Positions 32,417-46,924 are shown, counted from the first letter of the stretch. The stretch: 64,000 bases of DNA from the human T2T-CHM13v2.0 reference genome, Homo sapiens (GCF_009914755.1 NC_060926.1), one strand, 5' to 3'. Notes: generated from the sequence alone by a model not told the origin. Made by a program: numbers and translations.

Positions 32417-35400
32417 CTGTAAAAATTAAGATGATATATAGTTACTATTTAACAACCTCAACATCTATTTGCCAAAATTTAAAATGATGTCAATTATCAT
32501 TAAGCAGTATAATAGGTAAGTTCAAAGGACAAAGGATTTCCACTATAAACTAAATCAAGGTATCAATTTTGCAATTCTACCAGACAATCTGTAGCCAACT
32601 CCATTCATAAAGACATCTGTCATGAGAAAGAAAGTGAAATGAGAGTGGCTCAAGATTTTATATTTTCAAGCCCAAGATATCACCTGATGCTATCACGATT
32701 TATTTTTAAAAATTGAGTTTCTCATTTCCCAATGGGATAAAACAACGATGGCCAAGTGCAATGAGAAAAATCCCTAAGTGGTTCTCCCAAGCTAAAACAC
32801 TCATTATAGGAGTATGAAATTGTACACATGCAGCAAGGAGACATGCCAACAATGATTATTTTAAATCAGAGTTCTGCACATAATGACAATCTGCCCTGCA
32901 TTTATTCAAAAGTACTATAATTGACTCAATTACCTTCATTTCTGAGCACCCTCTGGTATGCCTGTCCTGAATCCTCACCGGTTCATTAGTCACCCAACTA
33001 AATTAGAAAAAGTTAAGCTTCAACTCTTGCCTCAATTAGGCACAAGTAGTTTGGTGGTGGTGGGTTTTTTTATTTTTAATTATACCAAAACACTGAATAA
33101 ATGTTTGCTAGATATAGTGTCCCAATGACCTATAACAAATATAATTTTCTTTTTTTCACACATTTAAATTATGAAGTCTAGTTCCACTTAGAAGCAAAAT
33201 CAGTGTTCTGAGTAGAGTACGTCTTTTAAACATCTGATTCCTAAAATTAAGCTACATTAAAGTAGTACTTCCTTGTGAAAAAATTGATGTCTGATGTTCA
33301 TTCTTTCTTATTCAATAATCCCTGAGGCATCACAAGTCAGCCACATGCAAGCAACTTCTAGAAACTTGGGTCTGTTCACCTCTAAAGGACTTCTATCTAA
33401 TCTATAAGGCACTTAGAATCCCCATATCTTAAAGGTAGAAGGGACTTTAAAAGATCATGCACTATGTTCCCATCTATGTCAGAAACTTCATTGACAGCTT
33501 TCCTGCCAGGGGTCTTCTCAGTATAGCCTAGACCCTTCTGGAGATGAAAGACTGATCTAGTTCATGTGGTACATGAATAAAATATACAACTGACACTCCT
33601 TTGGGAAACCACTGTTCTAACAATTCTCATTAGCAGTGAGACTCTACCCTCCATTCCCAGAGATCAAAGTAAGTACAGTGCAGTAGAAACATGTTGATTT
33701 ATGTAGCTGGCACCTCCATATATGTTCACATTGGGTGTAAAATATGGTAGTTAGAAATAGAAAAAAACAGAAACCCCAAAGCTACAGAAAGTATTAATTG
33801 GATGCTTTTTTCTCTTACCCAGTCTTCTAGCTCCCATTAAGGGATCAGTGACACAATGATCACCTGCATTTCTTAGAGACACAAAGATCTCATTGTCCTT
33901 TCTCATGCCCAGTGACATTCATTCTAACACCTGTCATTTGTGGATCTTCTATTGGTAAGGCACATCACTAGGTACATTGCATGTATTATTTCATTTAAAA
34001 CTCCTAAGGACCCCATAAGGCATTAGGAGGATATGAATTCAGGTGTGCATGAGTCCAAAGTCTGCATTCCTATTGGGCTGCACGATTCTGATAAGCAGCA
34101 TAAAACTAGCTCCCATGGAGAACCATGGATCTGGTCTCTTCCAAAGTGTCATTCCTCTAGTAGGCCACATCCCAAACATGTACTCACACTGCATGCACAA
34201 TATGGGTACATGAGGTTCTATCTGATTTTCAAAAAGTTCCCAGAAGCATGTCTCCTATTTGTTAACTGCTGCAAATCTGATGAGTACTAGGGAATAGATT
34301 ATGGTGTGTATTTGACAATGGAGAGCATATACCAGAGGGAATTTACAGGAGTGTGGGTTCCTGCATCACTGAGATAACACCTACATGCTGCCATTTAGAG
34401 GTGCCATTAGTTCATGTTGATCTACAAAAGTTCAGTGGTGTTGTGGCCTGACATAGTTTTGACTCTTGCTCCACGGAGAGTAAGTGTTTATGGTATGGGA
34501 GAAAAACTTAAGAAAGTAGTGACATTATTATGGCAGTATAAGAAAAATAAAGAAAGGTGAGTAGTCGTTTATCCAGTTTTCAGTAGCCACTGCTGCACAT
34601 CCTTGAGGATAATTTTCCTTTAAAAAGAAGCAGTGACAAAAAGCAGTGTCTCTACAACAGAATAGGGAGTAGTTCATATGACCGGGGAGTAAGAGGGAGC
34701 ACTATGCTTCTAAAACCTATAGATTTCACCAGTTACTGTGGTGAATTACAGATTCCTCCAAATTTAAAAGTACAGGAGTTAGGAAAGTAGAAGTGATCCT
34801 CTTTTCAAAGTGCCTTCTCTGTCTTCATTGCAGCTAAAGTTCCATTTTGTTTCTTTACTCATAAAACATGTTTTTCTTAGCAGTTTCCTGTTCCTAATCT
34901 TAAAATAAACACTGACTTTCCAATTGTGGGGCTGATATCACACCAGAGTTTTCTGAAAGCAGCAGTAAAGCTAAGATCTAAAATCTGATATAGAGTGTAA
35001 GAATATGATTATGCAAAACACATCCAAAAGACATGCAAACGTACTATGGAAAAAAAAAACAGAAATGCTTAAGCTACTACTGTTGCACTTAATTGGGTTA
35101 GACTTCATTTGACCTACCTCACCCATTTTACAAATGTGCTCATGAAAAAGCAGACAGCTAATAAGCAATGAAATTCTTAGGCAATTATGCTGAAACTTAT
35201 AAAGACTTAAAAATTTCCTACAGCATGAGGCAATCTGCAAGTAGAGCCAAATGTTCTCAAGTGTTTCAAATAACAATTATAAAGCATTGTCATTAGGAAA
35301 AAAAGCTACAAATTGCTCATTATGTACAATATGAACTCTAGTTGCAAAACATACCAGGAGCTATCCATGAATATATGCATTCTATATACACAGATGTATA

Positions 35401-35823
35401 GTCTTTCGAGTGTCTCTTGAATGCCAAAGTAAATACTTAAAATCTGATACACAGTATAACAATATGATTATACAAAACACATGCAAATATATCAAGTACA
35501 CATCTGTAAAATGTATTTCACTCTCTTATCTAAGACCTAGCTGATACCAACCTAGCTGATCAGTCTGGGACTTAAGGGAAGACTGAAGCAACTAAGCACA
35601 AACTGCTGAGCATATCGCAGAGGTTTTGTTATCATCTTCAATGTTTTCTTTCCTTAATAGTACTCAACACACTGAAAAACTACCCCCAAACAGCCACACA
35701 CTGAATAAAAGTCATAGGCTCCATCATTCTCTAATCCTAACTTCATTTTTTCTTTGCACATAACATGACACTACCGGTGCCACTTTCTTCCTTGGAAGTC
35801 TAGAAAATGTGAAAATTGCCCAC

Positions 35824-35878
35824 CTGAATTTCAAATCCAAATGTTTCATTATCCTGCTTCTCCACAGTAACAAGCTTT
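35824..35878 (-). CDS. CYTIP: CYTIP exon 3 (55 nt, start of PDZ domain)
   Basis: Acceptor ttacag|A; KLVTVEKQDNETFGFEIQ with PDZ carboxylate loop TFGF; donor CAG|gtgggc. Confidence 0.96.
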
Positions 35879-36010
35879 CTGTAATAAAAATGTTTAAAAA
35901 AGAAACTGCATGAAAATTAAAGTATCACATTTGGCACAGATCTATCATTAAAAATAACTGTCACAATTAAAAATAACTGACATTTATGTAAATTGTAGTA
36001 TGTAAGATTC

Positions 36011-36084
36011 TGTGTGTGTGTCTGTGTGTGTGCGTCTGTGTGTGTGCGTAGAGAGAGAGAGAGAGAGAGAGAGGAAGAGAGAGG
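36011..36084. repeat. Compound microsatellite (TG)~19 imperfect + (AG)12, intron 2
   Basis: Read directly. Confidence 0.95.
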
Positions 36085-36153
36085 AAAAAACAGTCTGGAG
36101 AGCTATGTTCCTAAATATTTTGGGAGAGACACAAAATAATTCAATCTCTTTAC

Positions 36154-36203
36154 CTTTGAGACCAGGAAAAGTCACTTAAAGAACTTGATCTGGTCAAAGC
36201 AAG
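36154..36203 (-). CDS. CYTIP: CYTIP exon 2 (50 nt)
   Basis: Acceptor ttttcag|CTT; LALTRSSSLSDFSWSQ(R); donor AAG|gtaaag; phase 0 to 2. Confidence 0.96.
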
Positions 36204-36264
36204 CTGAAAAACACAAAAGACATATAGTTATCCCAGGGTCTTCAAGATACACTGTAAAATGTTC

Positions 36265-36268
<4 letters not shown>

Positions 36269-36357
<89 letters not shown>
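36269..36357. repeat. Compound microsatellite (TC)17(AC)27, intron 1
   Basis: Read directly. Confidence 0.97.
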
Positions 36358-36358
<1 letters not shown>

Positions 36359-38449
36359 CCTGTTCTTTACCACCTTCTTTGGCCCAGCTCCTGGGAAATT
36401 GTTGCATAAAGGCAGCCATTTCCATTCTCTACATTCTCTAGTGATAGCAGAGGAGAGTAGGGAGACAGGATTCTAGGCATTCCAGTTAAAAGATTGAAAG
36501 AGGTTTAGATAGTAATACAATGTGGCAAAAGAGTTAAAATAATGTGGCAAAACTCCAAAGCTTCCAAAGAGAACTTCCTCTCTGGTCTGTATTTAAAACA
36601 GCCTCTGAAAGATTAACCATAGCAATTTGTAATCACACTGAAATCCAAAGAAAAATAGCATACTTAGAATGGCATATGAAACCCAAATACTTTATAGTTT
36701 TTGGAGATGATGATGAAATGACAGTGTTTACTATAATAATTCAATACGTTACTGTTTTTAGTAGGATAAAATAATCTCTAAACAACCAACTCACACACAC
36801 AATTCAGGTAAAACCAGGAACTCAAAACCTCATTTCTGCTTATGATTTATTTTTGTAATAGTTTTGGAAGACTAACGTGAAATTTCCAGCCAAGAAAGGA
36901 AAGAAACCTCAGAATAGTATCAATGGTATAAATAATATCACCTTCATTCCTCTGCACTTTTGGAAAAGATCATATAAACATAAGCTTTCAGGACACATTC
37001 TACCACTGTAAACAGAAGCAGCATCAACAAAAGGTGACAACTTATTTTTTAGGAAAATTGCAGCAGGTTTTTGTGTTTTTTTGGTCGGTTTGTTTCTTTG
37101 TTCAGGAAATGTTTATTAGCCCTATTCTCAAATGTTGCTTCAAGGGCCCAAAACATAAGCTACTAGCTAACCCATGGTTTTTAATTGTCAACCTGAAATG
37201 GTTGTCATATATAAATGAACACATAAAATATCAAGAGATCAATGCATAGTCAGTCCAGACAAAGCAAAATAAAATAAGTAAAGGATGAAAACTAGAAGGG
37301 GGAAAATATGTAGGAGATATTAATGCTTATGTGACAAGTTACACAAATGAAATGCTTATTAAGACATTCATTAGGAGTGAAGCCTACATCACTGTAGGAA
37401 TTTTGAATTACCAGGTACCAAATGCCAGCATTTTCACAAATTTCCTGGAATGGACCAGTGTTAAGAATTCAGCCACCAGTCCATAAACTTAACGTAATGG
37501 AGAGGTGGTCTCTTCTTACCAATTTGCTGTAAATTAATTATATTTTCCTCTTTTGTTAGTTCTGGGCTTCAACTCACTTATATCGCAATGGAGACTGAAA
37601 TAAATTGCTCAGACCCAAAAAGATTCTCTAGTCTTGCTAAAAAGTATCTCTTTTCAATTTATAAGCACTAACTGTGGAATGCCTACAAGGATTGGTATGG
37701 TTTGTTGTAACCTGATTTTGTACCTCGTATGTACCGTTACCAAGGATAGGGACTATTCATCTATGTTAGTGGGCTTCCTTGCAGAAGAGAGCCACAAACT
37801 TGATATTTCCAAGCATTCTCAGTCTCTCCCTTATATTGTACTCATATTTTCTTAATCTATTTTTATTATCTTCAGCTGCTTGTTTTCCGCCCTTAAGCCA
37901 AATTACGTAATGATAACTAGGGCTTTTTTATTCTTTTTATAAAAGTTTCTTATACCTCTATAAATAAGGGCTTATATTTTTAAGGTATTACTCTTGCTAT
38001 CAGTATTCATCATATTATTCATATATCCATATAGAGAGAGCTATATATATATGTATACATATATGTATATATTTATATGAAATGCATACTGGATCAAATA
38101 CTTCACATCTGTACATAATCATCTGTGTGATTTGGACCTCTTGGGGAATGTTATTTGTTTTACTTTCTGCCCCAATGCCCAACACAGGGCCTGGAATAGA
38201 ATGGAAACTTAAAAATGGAGAAATAGATAAAAATAAATAAACTACTAAACGAAAATGGAAGCAACTGAGATGGTTGAAGAGCCACATTAAATATTCACGT
38301 TCAGGAGAAATATGTAAAGATAGTCTTCAACATTGTCCTTTATTAAATTCAATATCATAGGAAAAACTCAAGGATAATCACTAAAATACATAAAGTAAAA
38401 TTTAAAAATCTTAAATATGTAGCAAGATTTAAAAATGAAAGAAAACAGA

Positions 38450-40150
<1,701 letters not shown>

Positions 40151-41759
40151 CCAAAAAATTTTAAATGAAAGAAAACAGACAAGAACAAAAAAAAAAATTC
40201 AATCCGAAACAAGAAATGCAGAAAAAGTACTAACAGAAAACAAAGATAGTAGTGCCTTAGTACATAGCTGCTAAGTGGATGAATGGTGGCAAGAATTAAT
40301 AAATTATTAGTAAAATTTTGAGCCTTGTCAATTTTAAATACCCTTTTAGTATGCCGGAAATCAGTGCATCTATTAGGAACTTCAAGATTTCATCCAATCG
40401 GTCTTTTGAATCAAAAGTCATTCTGGATAGATTCAAATGTAAAATCTTTTAAACCACAGGACAGACCTGAAGCCTCTATAGATATTTCCCCCACCACTCT
40501 ACTTCTAACCTTTCTATCTAGCTAATTGACTAGTTAAAGATGAAAATATTTGTCTAGCACAACATGAGAAGCATAGCAGATTTTCAGTTCCTGTGGACTG
40601 ACTAATTTGGGTTATCAGCAACACCAAAAGTCAGATTAAGTCAAATTACAAATTAGTTTCCATTCGGTATTAGCTAAGAGGCTGTTTCAAGCATCTAACA
40701 CTTAAACAAAAAACAATTTAAATAAATTAAGTACCGTCAAATTCTCTGACACGTGCCACGTCTTGACACAAAGCCTGCTTGTTTTTGATCCGGGCTGTCA
40801 GACTCAGGCGATGTGGAAAGGAATGTTCCCAGGGTTCGAAACTAGCTCACACACCAAACTACCTGCCTAAAGTGAAATGAAGTGTGTCTAAGGTCTTATC
40901 AAGGGTTTTGCACTTTGAAAAAAAAAAAAAGTCTTTCCTGCCCCGCTTTCCCTAGGGCGAGCAGCCTTATTCAAGGATCTGACCAGTGGGGTCTATGTTC
41001 CCCAGACAGCCCTCCAGTCAGAGCCTTTTCTAAGGGTTGTAGTGATGGCGCCAAAAATCATGAATGAGGAACTGGTGTGCAATTCACAGCATATGCTGGC
41101 AACAGCTGTCTTTTATTACACATTATCTAATATGAGAAATCTAGGTTTAGCAATTTGGCAGGCTTGCAAACTACACATTCAATTATGACTGCTGAATAGA
41201 CAAAGCTTCTTAACTCCTTGCTAGCCATAATACACTGATACCTAGGGTTGGGCTTACGATCACTCTTCTGTTTTTAGTCAGATAACTTAAAAGATCAGGC
41301 ATTAATATTCAAAATTTAATTTCTTCTGCTCTGCAGTGATTCTACACATTCCTCTTCAGTGGGAAACCAAGACCAAATACTTCAGCTGTCAATTTCTGAA
41401 AGACAGGAGTACTTGGCAGCTCAGCCAGATAGCCAGCTCTCCTTAGAGAAGCTCAAAGTTCAACACTTTAGCCACTTCTGGGTTACAGAGGTTACTTCCT
41501 CCTGGTCCCCACTCTATATACTCATCTCCTGAAAGTGTTGGGGAGGGTGCGGGGGAGAGGTTACTGATTCCAGAGTGAGGTTTTTTGTCACTGTTACTTG
41601 TTTCAAAGGCCCCAAAATTATGTGCTCTGCTCCCTTTCCAGTCCCCTGCCTCACTCCCCAATTCTTCCATGCAACTCCCACCCACTTTTAAATAAGGAGC
41701 ATTAGGATATCAACGCTCCACAGACTATTCAAAGATGCAACAAAATAATGGAGCTGAAC

Positions 41760-41930
41760 TTAATTTCCTGACGTTAAGTGCCCGGAGAAACCGAAATACA
41801 ATACCGCCATTTCCAAGTAAGGTCTGATGGTGGGCTCACAGACTCTTCAAGAAAAATTATTGGATATTGACCATGCATGCCACAATACAGATTAAAGAAT
41901 AATTTTCAAAGTCTTTTCTAGTGAAATTAG
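41760..41930. promoter_or_regulatory. Candidate intron-1 enhancer (ISRE, ETS/CRE, YY1, STAT6-type)
   Basis: TTCCTGACGT 41765-41774, GAAACCGAAA 41787-41796, CCGCCATTT 41804-41812, TTCTAGTGAA 41916-41925; locally retained CpGs in unique sequence. Confidence 0.4.
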
Positions 41931-43014
41931 CACAGTTTTCTACCTAAAATTGTCATGAGGTGATTAAAATCCTTTGGTGTAGTTCAGGACAATTGGGAGT
42001 TACGGCACCTGATGGGTGTGCTGCCGGACACACCGTGAAAGCTCCTGCAGGGCAGAGCCCAGCCCAGCAGTGTACACATCCCAGAGCAGAGCACACATTC
42101 CCTATCTGAACTTATAGATGAAATCAGCCTGCCAGAAGTTGCCTATTTAGCAATAATGTGATAACTAAAAGAAAATTAGGAAAAGAGAGTCAGTCTGTGG
42201 TACCACTGAAGTTTGTGGACTTGTTTGTCAGGTCCCTGGTTCTCACTATAGCATTCTGTAAAAACTGCTTTCCAAAAGCAACGTACTACATTTATGAGAG
42301 TGGGTGGTAAGACAATCACTACTTCTTTGACATCATTGATAGAGACTGTCCTTAATTCCTCCTGTCTCCTTCCTACCGAGCTTTCCATTGCAAAGATTTT
42401 TTTTTTTTGTCCTAAAACTGTGTTCACAAGTAGAAGCCATACTGGGGTGTCTGACACTTCCTATCAGTACAGGTAGTGAGATAATATGCACACAGAGAAA
42501 TCTATCTTTAAATAATTCTGAATGTAAACACCCAATTGATTCTGAAGACTAATTTGAAACTACAAGCTAACCAGATATAGCTTTGCAGAAACCAAAGCCA
42601 ACAACAACAAGAAGTATGAGCTGTTGACGTCAGCCCTGAAAGTGTTGAAAATAACAGTAGGCAGAGAAACACCTGCTCATGTGATTGCCTCACAAGGATC
42701 TTGTTGCCTGCAATTTAGTCAGTGCCAAATGGGTGATTATTCTCTAAAAACCAGTTAAAGGAAATGAACATCCATTTGGAAGATTGTGAAATGTTGGGAT
42801 AAACTTGCATCAAGTCTCATTGATGATAATTGTACGGAATCAGAACTATCATGTACAAGAAGTTTTGTTTTGCTATTTTTTAAAGCAATTCTCACAACAG
42901 TAAGAAAAAGCTGTTTGAATATGGAAAGTCTACCACATGAAAGAATTTGAGAGAAGGGGAATGAGAAGACCTAGAAAAGATGAGAACATCTGCATAAATT
43001 AATTAGTATGGGGA

Positions 43015-43053
43015 TGTGTGTGTGCCTGTGTGCATATGTGTACATGTACATAT

Positions 43054-43090
<37 letters not shown>
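43015..43090. repeat. Self-complementary (TG)..(CA)n alternating purine-pyrimidine tract
   Basis: gtgcatatgt / acatatgcac inner arms flanked by (TG)n and (CA)n. Confidence 0.85.
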
Positions 43091-43092
<2 letters not shown>

Positions 43093-44569
43093 TATTTCAT
43101 ATGCCAAAATCCCTCTCTTTATCCTCCTCTGATAATCAGCCTCTCCTACTGATTGCCTTCTTTCAGTTCACGCTATCTTCACTCTGGCTTAAAACCAGAT
43201 GTGACTCCTCCGTCTTCAGTCCCTTTCATATTAAAGCCTTTCAGTCTCCTTTCTGTTCCCCCATTTCCTCTTTCTCCAACTACTGCAAAAGTTCCTCCCT
43301 CACCACTAGTCTCTACTCACTAATCCACTACATTTCTACAATAAGGTTCCTGAAATCCTCTACTTCTCAAACACGTTCAGTGGCCCTCGTGCCGGCTTTT
43401 TCAGGGGAAGTTGTCCAAGTGTTCTGTAAAGCAGCCCAGCGCTGAGATCTCCTCTCACCTCCTACACACTAACCAGGTTCTCCTGACACACTTAATATTG
43501 TGTTGTTACACAAAAAAGTCCTCCAGGCACCAGGATCTATGCCTCAGCTTCAATTTCTCCCTTGCTCTGGAATACCCTTCAATATCTGGAATACCCTTCA
43601 ATATCTCGAATATCTATTTCCAAGGCTATATTTACAGATGTTTCACTTCGATGAGAGTATTCATGTTGTTTTACTTTGCAGAAAACCCATTCTTTCTGCT
43701 TACTGAATTGTAAACAGTATATGGGTAGGAAACATTCCCTTCTCGTCTTTTTACCTCCTACACTTAGCATGATGTCTGTCTCCTTGTAGGTGCTCAGAAA
43801 CCATCTGTTGCATTGAATTGCATGGGCTAGAGAGTAGATCAAATGAGTAAGGTTGCAGGTATGGAGGACATAGAGGGTGGAAAGTTCCCACCCTGATTGA
43901 AAAAGTACCCACAGTCTCCAGCAAAAAAAAAAAAAAAATCATAGCCTAATCAAGTGAACCATAGTTGGTGTGATAGTGTCATGGCAAATATAAAGAAAAT
44001 CTGACTGCTTTATATCTGAAAACTGAAAAAAGATGTCAGCATTTCTCATGTTGCTTTATCTTCAGACAGGTTGTAGATTGATAAAATGTTCATCATTACA
44101 TTAAACTTTGTATCATAAAAGCACTTTAGATTGAGAACAATCAATAATCCAAATCATGGAAAATTGTGCCCTTATCTTCACTCTGAAAAATACCAAGGAA
44201 TCAGCTATTATACATCACTGAAAAAAGATCATGTCTCTCCCACTATGCCATACCTCTCTAATCCTGAATTTAGAAGGCTTACGAGAAGCACATGATTGTA
44301 CATGCAAGACTTAAGCGCAAAAATTCTTGCTCTAGGGCAATTCTAAATATTTTCTGTAGAAATGCTACATCGAAATTCAAATATGTACCTGGGGATTTAG
44401 AGCAAGTTGTTTAAAAAAAATCCTGAAGAGGTATTATGGTTAAAAAAAAATTTTTACATGTTAGAAATTGAAGAACGAAAAAATCAAAATAAATTCAGTT
44501 AGACATAGATTTTTCCAAATGAGTTTTCATCCCTAGAGACAAACTTTGCAATAAAAATATTAAAATGGC

Positions 44570-44790
44570 ATAATCTAGCATTTAATAAACACACACTGAA
44601 TGCCAGTCACTGTGTTAGGCACTGCACAGTTCCTTATTTAACCAACATAAGAACCCAATAAGGGTGGTTCTATTATTAACTCCATTTTAGAAAAAACAAA
44701 ACTGAAGCTTAGAGAGGCAAGTGGCTTGCTCAAGATCCCACAGACACTAAGTGGTGAGCTGATATTCAATCTGGCACTCATCTATCCAAA
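44570..44790 (-). mobile_element. MIR
   Basis: cactgtgttaggcact...tattattaactccattttaga..aaactgaagcttagagagg.aagtggcttgctcaagatcccacag. Confidence 0.8.
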
Positions 44791-45295
44791 AAAAAAAAAT
44801 CTTACTTTCCAATAGCCTGAGGTATGTGCCAGCAACCCAGAGCTGAAGATAATTAGTCAACAAAATTTGTCCTCAGAAAAAGTATTTCTTATTTGATTAT
44901 GAACTGAAATGACCATCAAGGACTGCAAGTAAGGATGGAAGGGAAAGAATCAGTGGAGACACAATGGGGAAAAGAGAATTAATTCTCATACTGGTTGTAT
45001 CTATATAAACCATCTTCAAGTTTTTTATGCTTAATGATGTTTATTTTACCTGAGCACTTCTTCAAATAAGAAAAACAATCTTAATTTTTGCCTTGAAAAA
45101 AAAGTTTGATTGTGGTCTCAAATCTTTGGACTGGTTCACCTAGCTCCCTGAGCATCTCACCTCCTTCACCCATAATAATCAGCCAGTAATTCCAAAGCCT
45201 CTAAAATATCACCATTAGTATGAAGTCAGACAAACATATCACTCTGCCCTCAAGAGAATGTGAACACTCTAAAGGGTACAAAATAGCAATCATAC

Positions 45296-45469
45296 CTGCT
45301 TTCGTCCCCGAGGCAGAGTAGCCACCGTGTCTGCTAGCATTTGAATCCTTCTATTATCGTCCATCGTAAGGCTGCCGGTGAGTGTGGAGTAAGAGCTATA
45401 CGCTGGCCCAGCGCAGAAGTCCGCCAAATTGCCATTGCTGCTGTGTTGCAGGAGCCTTTGTAAAGACAT
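45296..45469 (-). CDS. CYTIP: CYTIP coding exon 1 (174 nt, aa 1-58)
   Basis: ATG in ttcacaATGt context (cat 45467-45469); translates [58 protein letters not shown]; donor CAG|gtatga. Confidence 0.97.
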
Positions 45470-45574
45470 TGTGAATAAAGATCACTCCAGCTAGCACATG
45501 GTTGAGTGGCCTTGCAGCATGGGGGAAGCTAAAAGTACAACTGTGACAAGTAATCAAAAGTAGCAAAGCAGAAA

Positions 45575-45610
45575 GAGCCCATGTGACCTCTGTGGTTTGA
45601 GGAACTTGTT
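45575..45610. promoter_or_regulatory. CYTIP proximal promoter cluster: E-box, RUNX, PU.1/ETS
   Basis: CATGTGAC (45580-45587), TGTGGTT (45591-45597) and GAGGAA (45599-45604) packed within 25 bp, 110-135 bp upstream of the ATG; no CpG island or TATA box. Confidence 0.5.
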
Positions 45611-46924
45611 ACACAAACCCTATCTTGCTATTCACTCCCATTTCTCAAAGCTTTTTTTCTTTAAGCTCCTGAGAGAACCTGGAGCTAATTTTTACAATTT
45701 AAAGAAAAATCAACTTATTTTTTCACCTCAAACAGCCAGAATTCTTACGCTTTTATGTTCTGTGGCAAGTTGCATTCACACCACCATTTGCCATTTTTTT
45801 CTTTAGAGAAGAAAGAAAAATGTCCCCAAGTGCTACCATTTGTTTCCCATCCATTCTCTTACTTAACATTAGCAATGCAATGCAGAAGTCAGCACACGAG
45901 GACATTCAGTTCTTGTGAATATGGGCAAGAATTACAGGTGCCGGTCATAATGTTCTCTCTCGAAGTCCTTGTAATACTGTACTTTCCCTGAAGTATACCC
46001 TAGATCATTAATGTTCATCAAAAAGACATTATATCTGCCACTGAGGTTGTAACCATTCAGCATTCTTCTGGTTGTCCTTTTACTACTTTGTCCTTACAAA
46101 AATTACCCATGATCTTTACAAAGTACAATGGGAAGGGAAAGCCAGCACATTTAGGGCACAATGTTGCCATTTCTTAGACGAGACTTTGCGGCAGCATCAG
46201 CAAGTGGTCCCAGGGGAGGAAAGGAGTGGGCAGGAAGGTAACAGGCAAACCAAGGTGGCACCAAGAACATTGCCTGTTGGTCCCTGCATGTGCATATGGG
46301 TCAAGGGCACCATCACCAAGTACTCAAGATCACAGATGCTTTTTTTTTTTTTCCTTTGGCTGAGGTTGGGGGCAGGTAGTTTTGAGAGAACTGGTTTCAG
46401 TGGAGGAGTAGGGGAGGCAAGTAAAAGGAAGAATCGAAACAAAAGTCAAAAAGAGAAGTTTTATATGGCACAAAAAGTCAAATGTGCTTTTTAAAATCTC
46501 TGAAGATCAATACTAGCATTTGAAAGAGTTAGCAAATCTTTGAACTAAAATGAAATGTGTGTGTACTGGAAGTGAAGATGAATTCAACTCAAGTAGAAAT
46601 TGCCAAATATAAATAGTAAAATCTGAATTAATAGTGCTTCAAAAGTTGAAGCCAATTATAGATTTTAAAAACTCTATCACAGCATGACTCATTATACTGG
46701 AATTGAATTTTGACATGGACAAAGTGATATCACCACAAACATATAACGGTCTAAATCAGGAATTAAAAACACATACGTTTTCAGAAGCCAGGTAAGTAAC
46801 ATAAATGTGTAAGGCAAAAGGGAGTGGTAAATACCTTGGCAACTAAAGAATACATCAATTATAAAGATATTCACGTAAAATCTATATTTATAGATATGTA
46901 CAGATATGTATACAGGTATATGTG

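Noticed and set aside
43008-43445. 145-aa plus-strand ORF
   Set aside because: Built from (CA)n and pyrimidine-rich L2-like sequence; low complexity, no domain.
46072-46494. 140-aa ORF divergent from the CYTIP promoter
   Set aside because: Non-ATG start, crosses a T-run, no recognisable domain or splice structure.
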